Source of the DNA: Candidatus Hydrogenedens terephthalaticus JGI OTU-1 | Lineage (GTDB): Bacteria; Hydrogenedentota; Hydrogenedentia; Hydrogenedentales; Hydrogenedentaceae | DNA length: 64,000 nt | Direction: 5' to 3' | NCBI GenBank assembly: GCA_000493945.1 | Contig: AWNW01000001.1 | Location: 51,055-115,054 of the forward strand | In this document: positions 21,570 to 31,160 of the stretch, piece after piece | How the letters are laid out: each line of letters opens with the position of its first letter | Position numbering within the stretch: the stretch's first letter is position 1 | Made by a program: the position numbers and the translations under genes | Notes under the pieces: model-generated | What the model was told of the DNA's origin: nothing | Seen by the model: the letters and a program-made list of their open reading frames with translations, nothing else | Databases searched by the model: none

Positions 21570-22778
21570 CTATTGTTTAAAATGGTTTCTCTTGCGAAAA
21601 TGGGAGAGGTCGTGAGGTAGGATATTTTCTTTTCTCATTCTTCCCGGGGTAATGCCGTCTTGTTCAATACTTTTCCGAATTCGCAGGTAGGACTCATAGC
21701 GGATAATGGGGATTTCTCCTTTTTTAATTGCTTCGCGTACGGCACAGTTGGGCTCGTGTATATGAGAACAGTCATTAAAACGACACATTTCTGAGAATCG
21801 GGATATTTCGGGGAAGTAGTAATCAAGGGAGCGTGGGTCCATGTCCCAAAAGCCTAATGAACGGATACCTGGGGTATCTATTAATTTGCCACCGTTGGGC
21901 AGACAGTAGAGTCGTGTATTGGTGGTAGCGTGCTTCCCTTTTTCCGTTTTTTGACTGATTTCTAATGTTGTTGCATCTACATCCGGACAGATACATTTAA
22001 GAAGGGAAGTTTTACCAACACCGCTATGACCTGCCATTACGCCCGTTTTGTTTTCCAATAAATTTATAATTTCTTCAATTCCTTGTCTTTTTACACAACT
22101 GGTAAAGAGCGTTTTCAATCCGAGGTTTTGATAAATTTTTACTTCTTCAGGTAGGGTATCTATAAGGTCTATTTTATTGATAACGATTACAGGTTCTACA
22201 TTCCCATTTTCAGCAACGATAAGAAATCGGTCTATGAGGCCGGGTTTAAAGGCAGGCTGTTTCACAGATGCAACAATAAATAGGATATCTATATTCGCAG
22301 AAATAACCTGTTCAGGTGGTCCTTCGCGGTCAACAGAAAGCCTGCTTAATTTTGATTTTCGTGATGCAATCCCACGAATAATAGGTTCCCCTTTTTCTTC
22401 GTAATCAACGAAAACACGGTCTCCGGGAGCAATGAGACTGGATTCTTTTTCCCGAAGTCGCTCATCTATTTTGCATTGGATTTCTTTCTGTTCCGTTGCG
22501 TTATCAAGCAGGACAAAAGCCCATTTTTTGCTATGTGAGACTACGGTTGCATTGGGTTCAAATGTTTCAGGGAGATGGGATTCGTGTTGAGGATTATCCG
22601 GTAGATGAACTTCTGCCCGTCGGAGACGTATAGAATCTTTTGAAAAGGCTTCATCGTAACGATTTTCCCAGTTTTTTATACGTGTCTCTGACCTTTTACT
22701 TTTTTCTAATTTTTTCTTTTTCATGGTCCTATAAATTTCAACAGAGTTACTTGTAAATAAATCCAAAAGATTATACAT
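21570..22778 (-). CDS. rsgA: ribosome small-subunit-dependent GTPase A (RsgA/YjeQ) with a basic N-terminal extension
   Basis: Circularly permuted GTPase motifs (NKIDL ... GHSGVGKTSLL ... DTPG) and a C-terminal zinc-binding region CRFNDCSHIHEPNCAV. Confidence 0.85.
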   Translation of the reverse strand: MYNLLDLFTSNSVEIYRTMKKKKLEKSKRSETRIKNWENRYDEAFSKDSIRLRRAEVHLPDNPQHESHLPETFEPNATVVSHSKKWAFVLLDNATEQKEIQCKIDERLREKESSLIAPGDRVFVDYEEKGEPIIRGIASRKSKLSRLSVDREGPPEQVISANIDILFIVASVKQPAFKPGLIDRFLIVAENGNVEPVIVINKIDLIDTLPEEVKIYQNLGLKTLFTSCVKRQGIEEIINLLENKTGVMAGHSGVGKTSLLKCICPDVDATTLEISQKTEKGKHATTNTRLYCLPNGGKLIDTPGIRSLGFWDMDPRSLDYYFPEISRFSEMCRFNDCSHIHEPNCAVREAIKKGEIPIIRYESYLRIRKSIEQDGITPGRMRKENILPHDLSHFRKRNHFKQ

Positions 22779-22799
22779 GTATTATGGAGGTTTTTAAAA

Positions 22800-23309
22800 T
22801 TAAATGCCACTTTTTGACTTATCTCTGGTAGTGGACCTCGGTTTTTTGGAAGTATGGAGAGAGGCACATACGGATTTCATTTTACAGTTAACGAAAGGCA
22901 AAAGTTTGTCATCTGGTAGCGGTTTTTTAATAATTTTATCCAATGTCCATTTTCTAAGCGTAGAAGTGAGGGCAACTCGAACTTCATACATGGCTTTATG
23001 AAAAGCACAAACATGTTCAATATCGTCTGTGTCTTTGCAGTAATCTCCCAAAATTTTCCCTTCACATGCTTCTACAATTTCAAGGAGTGTGATTTGTTCC
23101 GTTGGTAGATTTAATGTAAAACCACCGGAAGGTCCTCTATGAGCATTGAGCAATCGTGCTTTAGTAAGAAGTGTCATAATTTTAGAGAGGTAGGAAGTGG
23201 AAATATGGATATGTTTTGCAAGTTCAAGATGGGAAACAGGTTCTTTTTTATTGTGAAGGGCTATGAATGTTAATGCCTGTATGGCTGTAATTGTTGTATT
23301 GCTGAACAT
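22800..23309 (-). CDS. Rrf2 family transcriptional regulator (NsrR/IscR-like, predicted Fe-S binding)
   Basis: N-terminal Rrf2 wHTH (TAIQALTFIALHNKKEPVSHLELAKHIHISTSYLSKIMTLL) and three clustered Cys (CEG...C...C). It lies immediately downstream of hcp on the same strand. Confidence 0.8.
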   Translation of the reverse strand: MFSNTTITAIQALTFIALHNKKEPVSHLELAKHIHISTSYLSKIMTLLTKARLLNAHRGPSGGFTLNLPTEQITLLEIVEACEGKILGDYCKDTDDIEHVCAFHKAMYEVRVALTSTLRKWTLDKIIKKPLPDDKLLPFVNCKMKSVCASLHTSKKPRSTTRDKSKSGI

Positions 23310-23377
23310 AGAAAGAATCCTGTTGTGATATATTAGGGGAACAGGTATGGAACAACCTGTTCCCCGTTATCTTTTGA

Positions 23378-24688
23378 TTATGATACAACTTGTAGAATTT
23401 GTTTTACATCTTCGGAGGCATTTGTGCCGATAGGTTTCAGGTCATATTTGTCCTGTAAAATTTTTAATACATTAGGGGTGATAAATGCAGGTAAAGCAGG
23501 ACCTAATCGGATACCTTTTACCCCTAACGACAATAAAGTCAGTAGCACAGCAACGGCTTTTTGCTCAAACCAACTTACTACAAGTGTAAGAGGTAGGTCA
23601 TTTACACCACAATTAAAAACTTTCGCTAAAGCAAGGGCGGTTTGGATAGCACCGTAAGAATCATTGCATTGACCCATGTCCAATAAACGAGGGATACCTT
23701 CAACATCTCCATAATCATAATTACGAATACGATATTTACCGCAGCCTAATGTAAGGATAAGAGATTCCTTCGGAGTGTTTTGGGCAAAATCGGCAAAATA
23801 GTTGCGGCCAGGTTCGGCGCCATCACAACCACCAATAAGGAATATATGTTTGATTTTACCGGCTTTAATTAAATCAATTAGTTTATCTGCGACAGAAAGA
23901 ATGTAAGACCAATGAAAGCCAATCGTGCTTTCTTTTATTTCAGTAGGTTGCAAAGGACCTATTTCAAGTGCTTTTTTAATAACAGGAGAGAAATCACCCT
24001 CGTTAAGACGAGGCGCACCAGGAACACCGGTGCAATGAAGCGTAAATAATCGGTCGAGATAGGTATTATGACTCGCAGGGATAAGGACACAGTTTGTAGT
24101 AACAACTATAGGACCGCCAAATCTTTCAAATTCTTTTCGCTGTAGTTGCCAAGCACCACCATAATGGCCAACAAAATGTGGATATTCCCGTAATTTCGGA
24201 TACATGTGGGCGGGCAGCATTTCGCCATGAGTGTAAACCTTAATCCCTGTGTCTTTAGTTTGTTCCAACAATTGTTTTAAATCCAATAAATCATGTCCTG
24301 TGATTAGGATACCGGGACCTTCCTGAATTCCTTCTTTGACTTTTACTGGCGATGGATTTCCGAAAGTTTCTACATGGGCATTGTTGAGTAATTCCATTGT
24401 TTTTAAGTTCATCTTTCCACATTCGAGAACTAATTCCAAAAGATGTGCCATGTCAAAATTAACATTAGTCATGGTCGCAAATAATGCGCGTTCGATAAAT
24501 TCTTCAATTTCCGGGTCTGTCTTTCCTAAACGGCGAGCATGATGTTTGTATGCGGCCATTCCTTTCAACCCGTAGAGTAAAGTTTTCTGCAAAGATTCCA
24601 TATCGGCATCTTTTCCGCAGACACCTTTCTGGGTACAACCGGTACCGTTAAAGGTTTGTTCACATTGGTCGCAAAACATGTTTGTCAT
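23378..24688 (-). CDS. hcp: hybrid-cluster protein / hydroxylamine reductase (short form)
   Basis: N-terminal Cys cluster CDQCEQTFNGTGCTQKGVCGKD and the prismane-family body. It is 436 aa, shorter than the E. coli-type 550-aa Hcp. Confidence 0.8.
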   Translation of the reverse strand: MTNMFCDQCEQTFNGTGCTQKGVCGKDADMESLQKTLLYGLKGMAAYKHHARRLGKTDPEIEEFIERALFATMTNVNFDMAHLLELVLECGKMNLKTMELLNNAHVETFGNPSPVKVKEGIQEGPGILITGHDLLDLKQLLEQTKDTGIKVYTHGEMLPAHMYPKLREYPHFVGHYGGAWQLQRKEFERFGGPIVVTTNCVLIPASHNTYLDRLFTLHCTGVPGAPRLNEGDFSPVIKKALEIGPLQPTEIKESTIGFHWSYILSVADKLIDLIKAGKIKHIFLIGGCDGAEPGRNYFADFAQNTPKESLILTLGCGKYRIRNYDYGDVEGIPRLLDMGQCNDSYGAIQTALALAKVFNCGVNDLPLTLVVSWFEQKAVAVLLTLLSLGVKGIRLGPALPAFITPNVLKILQDKYDLKPIGTNASEDVKQILQVVS

Positions 24689-24740
24689 AATCTTTTCTCC
24701 TACATTTAAGGTTAATGTTTTGAGAACAAAATAATTATTA

Positions 24741-24757
24741 TAGATATATTATATCTA
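24741..24757. promoter_or_regulatory. inverted repeat tagatata-t-tatatcta about 55-70 bp upstream of hcp; a candidate operator for the downstream Rrf2/NsrR-like regulator
   Basis: 8-1-8 palindrome in the hcp promoter region. NsrR and IscR operators are AT-rich inverted repeats of similar geometry. Confidence 0.35.
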
Positions 24758-25024
24758 AAATATATATAAATGTCAAATCAAATTAGATAAAAAATTATTG
24801 TTAAATAAAAATTGATAAAAAAATAGAAAGGTAGGGAATTATTCGTCCTCATGTAGCATGGGCATATTGAGTGGAATTCTTAGCCATGCATCACAAGAAT
24901 AAACACAAATGAGAGAGAAGATTTTTTTGATAGTAATTTTTAGGGAATATTGAGAAGGTGCTTAATGTTATGTAAATCGAAATTGAAAATAACTAACCCT
25001 GAAAATAAAACAAAGGAGAAAACA

Positions 25025-25741
25025 ATGAGTACATCACGCAGAGAATTTTTGTTAGCAAGTAGTTCATTAATAACGGCAAGTTCAATTATTGGAGCACCGA
25101 TATTTGCTCAGACAGGAAATGGAAGTCAGGAACATAAACTTCCGGAGTTGCCTTATGCGTATGATGCCCTGGAACCTTACATAGATGCACGAACTATGGA
25201 GTTGCATCACTCCAAGCATCATGCCGCGTATGTAAAAGGGCTGAACACAGCGGAAAAGGCTCTTGAAGAGGCACGAGCAAAAAATGACTTTGCTTTGGTT
25301 CAGCATTGGTCAAAGCAAGCCGCATTTCATGGTGGAGGACATTTTTTACATAGTATGTTCTGGAAGATAATGGCTCCCCCGAATAATGGTGGAGGTGGTA
25401 AGCCTTCCGGTGAATTATTGGAATTGATTGAAAGGGATTTTGGTTCCTTCGATGCATTTCAAAATCATTTTACAGCAGCGGCAAATGCTGTAGAAGGAGG
25501 AGGATGGGCTTTGCTGCATTATCGCCCGGCAGATGGAAAATTGATTGTCCTTCAAGCAGAAAACCAGCATAAACTATCACCGTGGGGTGTGTTTCCAGTA
25601 CTGGGTGTAGATGTATGGGAACATGCATATTATTTGAAATATCAAAATAATCGTGGTGAGTATGTGAAAGCATGGTGGAATGTTGTGAATTGGGAACAGG
25701 TAGAGAAGAATGTGAAAGCGTTGAAGGGCGTTGCTCTATAA
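25025..25741 (+). CDS. sod: Fe/Mn superoxide dismutase with a twin-arginine (Tat) signal peptide
   Basis: Tat-type N-terminus MSTSRREFLLASSSLITASSIIGAPIFAQ, then PYAYDALEPYIDARTMELHHSKHH and the C-terminal DVWEHAYY metal-ligand motif. A Gly-rich insertion (PPNNGGGGKPSGE) is present. The track ORF starts at 24950; 25025 has a ribosome-binding site. Confidence 0.85.
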   Translation: MSTSRREFLLASSSLITASSIIGAPIFAQTGNGSQEHKLPELPYAYDALEPYIDARTMELHHSKHHAAYVKGLNTAEKALEEARAKNDFALVQHWSKQAAFHGGGHFLHSMFWKIMAPPNNGGGGKPSGELLELIERDFGSFDAFQNHFTAAANAVEGGGWALLHYRPADGKLIVLQAENQHKLSPWGVFPVLGVDVWEHAYYLKYQNNRGEYVKAWWNVVNWEQVEKNVKALKGVAL

Positions 25742-25765
25742 AAAGCGGTTAAACTAAGATATAAA

Positions 25766-25796
25766 ATAAGCCCACCCAGATATGAGTGGGCTTATT
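25766..25796. terminator. bidirectional rho-independent terminator hairpin (aagcccac-ccagatatga-gtgggctt) between the convergent sod and PHP-domain genes
   Basis: 8-bp GC-containing stem with A/T runs on both sides (ataaaat ... attaatt). Confidence 0.55.
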
Positions 25797-25808
25797 AATT
25801 AACAATGG

Positions 25809-27221
25809 CTAAAATATTTCAATCGGGTTTGTGTAAACCCAGGGAACCCATTTTTTATTCAAATATAATTGCGCTTCTACGCGATATTTTCCCTGCTCTG
25901 TGGGTTTCCATTCAAAGTCTCTGCCTTCGTGTTCTTGAACAGCAATTCCATGACGATAGATGATAAATTTACATGGATAAGGAGAAGCCATTTTTAAAGA
26001 TAGATTAGGAGTTAAAGGAATTCTTTCTCCACAAACTGCTTTTACATTTCCATCATCCGCAAAGAAAACAAAGCCTGTTGTTTCGGCAAGCATTTCGAAA
26101 CCTACAAAGACACGGCCTTCTTTTAAGGACTCCAAAATAGACTGTTCTGATAGGTCATGTGCAAGAACATGGGTAGCGACATAACGAACCATGAGGGGAT
26201 AAGGGTCTAACTGCACATGAAATACCGTTTTTCCCGGTTCCAATTTTCCAAAGAGCACACGCAATAATAGACGGGAAAAGAAGTTTAATTTGTATTCACC
26301 TATTTTATGAGGGCTTGTATCTTCGACATATAAAGTTCCCTGTGGAGTTATTTTCCCGACAAAACCTGTATTTTGATGACAATCGTTTGCTGCAATTCCG
26401 ACAATTTTTCGACTTATATTCATTTCATCCCATCTTTTTATAACTTCTGTTAATGGGCTGAAAATACTTCTTAGAAGTTGTTCGTGGTATTTATTAAGGT
26501 TAAGGATTATATTGGGTGCTAATTTGTAAAGGATAAATTTTTTATCAAGGCTTTTAAAATTGGTGTGAATGTTATAGATTTCCATTCCGTTAAGTTCGGG
26601 TAGTTGCCATTCACGGGGTTCTTCGGAATGAGCAAAGAATAATAATCCTCCTTTTTCGTGGATTTCTTTTGCGAGACTTTGCGGGTCTTTTTTGCAATCA
26701 AGAACAGTGTCAGTAGGTAGTCCCCAGGGCATAAAGCCGTAATTCATTTCATAGCCCGGTATAAAAATAACACCGTCATGTTCTCCGCGCCATTGTTTAG
26801 AGTAGTCTGCTTTTCCTTCATCACAATGGTCAGACATACAAATAAATTGTCGCTTCTCCTGTTTTAATGCTCTAAGAATTTCTTCAAAGGGAACCTGACT
26901 GTCATGGGATAATTCGGAATGACTGTGGCAAACACCGGCATAATCATTCCAACCATCATCGTAAGCAGGGGGTTGATATTGTCTTCGGAGTTCTTCCCAT
27001 GCTTGTTTCTCACGGGGAAATTCCACATAGCGGTTATAGATTGCGTTACGGAACAGAAACAGGAAAGCAATTAAAATCAGGACAATGAGGATTGATATAC
27101 TATATATTGTCCATTTTAATGTTCGTTTTAGGATAGAGGATGTCATGAGAAAATCCTTTAATTGGAAGGTTTGATATTTATAATAAGAAAATAATTGAAA
27201 GAATGAGGTAAAGTATAACAT
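25809..27221 (-). CDS. membrane-anchored PHP-domain (polymerase/histidinol-phosphatase-like) metal-dependent phosphoesterase
   Basis: N-terminal TM helix. PHP-like motifs CHSHSELSHD, SDH, FFAHSE and EIYNIHTN. Confidence 0.45.
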   Translation of the reverse strand: MLYFTSFFQLFSYYKYQTFQLKDFLMTSSILKRTLKWTIYSISILIVLILIAFLFLFRNAIYNRYVEFPREKQAWEELRRQYQPPAYDDGWNDYAGVCHSHSELSHDSQVPFEEILRALKQEKRQFICMSDHCDEGKADYSKQWRGEHDGVIFIPGYEMNYGFMPWGLPTDTVLDCKKDPQSLAKEIHEKGGLLFFAHSEEPREWQLPELNGMEIYNIHTNFKSLDKKFILYKLAPNIILNLNKYHEQLLRSIFSPLTEVIKRWDEMNISRKIVGIAANDCHQNTGFVGKITPQGTLYVEDTSPHKIGEYKLNFFSRLLLRVLFGKLEPGKTVFHVQLDPYPLMVRYVATHVLAHDLSEQSILESLKEGRVFVGFEMLAETTGFVFFADDGNVKAVCGERIPLTPNLSLKMASPYPCKFIIYRHGIAVQEHEGRDFEWKPTEQGKYRVEAQLYLNKKWVPWVYTNPIEIF

Positions 27222-27251
27222 AAAAGTAAAGTGAAATTATAGGAGATTACA

Positions 27252-27713
27252 ATGAAACATAAAGGTCCTTATATATATGAGTATCCACATCCTGCTGTAA
27301 CTGTGGATGCGGTAGTATTCAGGAAAGTGAATAGAGATTGGGAAGTTCTATTGATAAAACGCATGAATGCTCCTTTTGAAGGATATTGGGCTTTACCGGG
27401 TGGATTTATTGATGAGCATGAAACATTGGAGCAGGCAGTAGAACGGGAACTTTTTGAAGAAACTTCGTTAAAGGGAGTTAAATTACAACAATTGAAGGCT
27501 TTTAGTAATCCATACAGAGACCCTCGAGGTAGAACCATTGGTGTGGCGTTTGTTGGGATATTAAAAAATTTGGATGTAGAAGTCCGTGCTAATGATGATG
27601 CAAAGGAAGTTCAATGGTTTTCAATAGATAATCTACCGGAATTAGCATTTGATCATGCAGAAATAATGGATTGTGCTATTGAATGGTTAGAGGAACATGT
27701 AAGAGAAAAATAA
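27252..27713 (+). CDS. NUDIX hydrolase
   Basis: Nudix box GGFIDEHETLEQAVERELFEETSL. It lies upstream of pncB and nadE, so NAD/ADP-ribose-related metabolism is plausible. Confidence 0.8.
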   Translation: MKHKGPYIYEYPHPAVTVDAVVFRKVNRDWEVLLIKRMNAPFEGYWALPGGFIDEHETLEQAVERELFEETSLKGVKLQQLKAFSNPYRDPRGRTIGVAFVGILKNLDVEVRANDDAKEVQWFSIDNLPELAFDHAEIMDCAIEWLEEHVREK

Positions 27714-27735
27714 TTTTATTTATATAGGGAAGTAT

Positions 27736-29217
27736 ATGCAAAAGTTTGAAATAGAACCGTGGTTTGAAAGAAAAAATCTTGCGTTGTTGACTGACTTATA
27801 TCAGTTAACAATGATGGCTGGATACTTTAAAGAAGGACGAGGGCAAATTCCTGTTACTTTCGATTATTTTTTTCGTAGTTTACCGCCGCATTCAGGTTTT
27901 GCTATTTTTGCAGGATTAGAGTCGTTTCTTCTTTATTTAAAAAACTTACATTTTACGGAAGACGATATTGATTATTTAAAAAGTTTAAAGATATTTGATG
28001 AGGATTTTTTAACATTCCTTAAAGATTTTAAAATTCATTTGAAAGTAAAGGCGGTACTTGAAGGGACTTTAATTTTTCCATTTGAACCTGTGGTGCAGAT
28101 AGAGGGACCGTTATTGGAAGCCCAATTGGTAGAGACGGCATTACTTAATATGTTGAATTATCAGACATTGATAGCCAGTAAGTCGGCGCGGGTATGTTTA
28201 GCTGCAGAACCGGATCCCGTAATAGAATTTGGTCTTCGCAGAGCCCATGGACCGGATGGGGGAACAAGTGCCTCGCGTGCTGCATATATTGGTGGTTGTA
28301 TGGCTACCTCAAATGTAATGGCAGGTAAGGTGTATGGCATTCCTGTAACAGGAACCCATGCTCATAGTTGGGTTATGAGTTATCAGAGTGAATTAGAAGC
28401 GTTTCGTGCTTTTGCAAGACTTTATCCAAAACGATGTGTTTTGTTGGTAGACACCTATGATCCGATAAAGAGTGGAATTCCCAATGCAGTTCAAGTGTTC
28501 AAAGAGATGAGAGAAGAGGGAATAGATGTGAAGCCTGCTATTCGCATTGATTCGGGAGACCTGGCTCGTATAAGTAAGGTGGCGTATCGAATGATGAGAG
28601 AAGCAGGATTTGAAGAGCCAATGATTATAGGCTCGAATGATTTGAACGAAGATTTAATTGCGGATTTGAAACGACAGGGTGCGAAGATTAATGCATGGGG
28701 TGTAGGAACTCATTTGATAACTTCGTATGATTGTCCCGCTTTGAATGGCGTTTATAAACTGGTGGCAGTATATCGGGATGGGGGTTGGGAATCGCGGATT
28801 AAAATCACAGGAAATATAGAAAAAAGCACAGACCCCGGTCGAAAAGTTCCTGTGCGATATTACACAGAAGATGGAAACCTATTAGGGGATGTTATGTATT
28901 TAGAAGGAGAAGAATATCCTGAGAAAGGTAGTATTCCAACGCGTTCCCGATTGTTTCCACATATCCCCCAAAAATTAGAAGGGGCTGGATATGCTAAACC
29001 TTTATTGAAAGAAGTTTTTAGTGATGGAGAGATTAAAATACCGTTGGAGACGGTGCAAAATATTCGAGAACGGGTTAGAGAACAGATAAATTCACTATCG
29101 GAAGAATATAAACGACTTCGAAATCCGGAGGTATATCGTATATTTTTATCCCCTCGTTTGGGAGAATTAAAAAATCAGATATGGCAAAACCCCGAAGCGG
29201 GAATTGTATTTCAATAG
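27736..29217 (+). CDS. pncB: nicotinate phosphoribosyltransferase
   Basis: N-terminal LTDLYQLTMMAGYF and the conserved NAPRTase core. 493 aa. Confidence 0.85.
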   Translation: MQKFEIEPWFERKNLALLTDLYQLTMMAGYFKEGRGQIPVTFDYFFRSLPPHSGFAIFAGLESFLLYLKNLHFTEDDIDYLKSLKIFDEDFLTFLKDFKIHLKVKAVLEGTLIFPFEPVVQIEGPLLEAQLVETALLNMLNYQTLIASKSARVCLAAEPDPVIEFGLRRAHGPDGGTSASRAAYIGGCMATSNVMAGKVYGIPVTGTHAHSWVMSYQSELEAFRAFARLYPKRCVLLVDTYDPIKSGIPNAVQVFKEMREEGIDVKPAIRIDSGDLARISKVAYRMMREAGFEEPMIIGSNDLNEDLIADLKRQGAKINAWGVGTHLITSYDCPALNGVYKLVAVYRDGGWESRIKITGNIEKSTDPGRKVPVRYYTEDGNLLGDVMYLEGEEYPEKGSIPTRSRLFPHIPQKLEGAGYAKPLLKEVFSDGEIKIPLETVQNIRERVREQINSLSEEYKRLRNPEVYRIFLSPRLGELKNQIWQNPEAGIVFQ

Positions 29218-29227
29218 GAGATAAACA

Positions 29228-31159
29228 ATGAGACTTGTTAAAGTTGGAACTTCTTCAGTTTCGGTAAAAGTCGGAGATTTTCAAAGGAATACCGAAAATT
29301 TATGTGAAGTTATTGATACTGCGCGAAAAGAAAAGGTGCATTTGTTGGTAACCCCCGAATTGGCTATCAGTGGATATAGTTTAGAAGACCGATTGTTTTG
29401 GGACGATATAGTGGAACATAGTTGGACTTCGCTACTAAAAATTGCAGAACATACAGAAGGGATAGGTGTTTTTGTCGGACTTCCTGTCCAAAAAGAATCA
29501 TATTTGTTTAATGCAACTGCTTTTGTATGTAATCGAAAAATACATGGATTAATTTTGAAAAAATATTTGCCTACTTATCAGGTGTTTTATGAAGGAAGAT
29601 ATTGGTCTTCATGGGAAGGAGGGACTACAGAAATTCATGGGATACCCGCGGGGGATATTATTTTTGAACTGCCTTACGGATTGGTTTCTGCTGAAATTTG
29701 TGAGGATATATGGTCTTCTCATTCTCCCTCTGCAGACCGTGCCATACATGGAGCCGAGATTATCTGTAATTTAAGTGCATCTCCATTTAGCCCGCTGAAA
29801 AATCAGTTGCGAAAGCAATTGATTCTAACCAATGCTATGCGGATTAAGGTTGTTTATATTTATTCCAATCTATTAGGATGTGATAACAGTCGGCTTATTT
29901 TTGATGGAGGAGGGATTATTGCTACTCCGGAGGGTTCTGTCGTTATGGGACCGATATTATCCAATAAACGATGGACACTTACTACAACGGTAGTAAATTT
30001 GAATGAAGTGACGCGAATACGGAAGGAAAATTCTACATGGAAAACGGAGGCTTTACAGTCAGAAAGGGAAAACATAACGAAGAGGGTTGTTGTAGAATAT
30101 CCCCAGTTTAGTCCGTCTCCACTAAAAGAATGGGTGAATACATTACCTCAAAGTTTTTATATCCCTGAAGATAAATCTACGGAGAGTATTCAAATAGAAA
30201 ATAATTATTTTGAGCAATTGTTCTCAGCGTTGTCTTTAGGACTTCGGGATTATTTTGAGAAAGTGGGTGTATTTGATAAGTTTTTAGTGGCTCTATCGGG
30301 GGGTAGGGATAGTGCATTAAGTTTACTACTTGCGGTAGAAGCCGGGAAAAATTTGAAAGAAGGAAGATGCCCGAATAAATATAAGGAAAAAGTGGAATGT
30401 ATTTATTTACCCCACAAAAGTTATAGTAGTTCGGACACAAGAAAAGCGGCTGAATTATTAGCCAAAGAATTGGGAGTTCCCTTTCATGTGGTAAGTATTC
30501 ATGAAGAATCGGAAATTGCATATAAAAAGGCAGTGGAAATTGTGGGTGGGGAAGAGAATGTCAAAGCACTTACACGACAAAATCTACAAGCACGAGTTCG
30601 TGGTGCTATGATGCTGAACTGGGCAAATAATGTGAATGGATTGTTGCTGGTTACCTCCAATTTGAGTGAGTCAGCAGTTGGTTATACAACAACGGGAGGG
30701 GATAATGAAGGTGGCTTTTCCCCGATTGCTAATGTTCCAAAAACAGTTATTTCGGCACTGTTAGAATATCTTGCAGAGACGAGAAAAATTCGTGCTTTGG
30801 AGATGATATTAAAAATACCTCCAACAGCAGAATTAGCACCTAATCAGACGGATGAGGGAGACCTGATGCCGTATAAGGTGCTGGACGAATTAATTTTCCT
30901 TTTTGCAAAACAGAGATTTTCCCTTGTGGATTGCTGGAAAATTATATGTTTGAGATTTCCAGAATTTTCATCCAAACAACTTAAGAAGTGGACAGAAGAT
31001 TTTGCAAAAAGGTTTGTTGCAAATCAGTGGAAACGAGACCAACACCCTGTATCTTTGAAGGTGTTAGAACCTGATTTTGACCCTAAGACAGGTTTCCGTT
31101 TTCCTGTAATTCAAAGTATTGATGAAGAATTAGAAAAATTACGAAAGGCTAAACTGTAA
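29228..31159 (+). CDS. nadE: glutamine-dependent NAD+ synthetase (N-terminal nitrilase/CN-hydrolase domain plus NadE domain)
   Basis: CN-hydrolase region (VHLLVTPELAISGY, catalytic Cys context AEICED) and the PP-loop SGGRDSALS in the synthetase domain. 643 aa. Confidence 0.85.
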   Translation: MRLVKVGTSSVSVKVGDFQRNTENLCEVIDTARKEKVHLLVTPELAISGYSLEDRLFWDDIVEHSWTSLLKIAEHTEGIGVFVGLPVQKESYLFNATAFVCNRKIHGLILKKYLPTYQVFYEGRYWSSWEGGTTEIHGIPAGDIIFELPYGLVSAEICEDIWSSHSPSADRAIHGAEIICNLSASPFSPLKNQLRKQLILTNAMRIKVVYIYSNLLGCDNSRLIFDGGGIIATPEGSVVMGPILSNKRWTLTTTVVNLNEVTRIRKENSTWKTEALQSERENITKRVVVEYPQFSPSPLKEWVNTLPQSFYIPEDKSTESIQIENNYFEQLFSALSLGLRDYFEKVGVFDKFLVALSGGRDSALSLLLAVEAGKNLKEGRCPNKYKEKVECIYLPHKSYSSSDTRKAAELLAKELGVPFHVVSIHEESEIAYKKAVEIVGGEENVKALTRQNLQARVRGAMMLNWANNVNGLLLVTSNLSESAVGYTTTGGDNEGGFSPIANVPKTVISALLEYLAETRKIRALEMILKIPPTAELAPNQTDEGDLMPYKVLDELIFLFAKQRFSLVDCWKIICLRFPEFSSKQLKKWTEDFAKRFVANQWKRDQHPVSLKVLEPDFDPKTGFRFPVIQSIDEELEKLRKAKL

Positions 31160-31160
31160 T

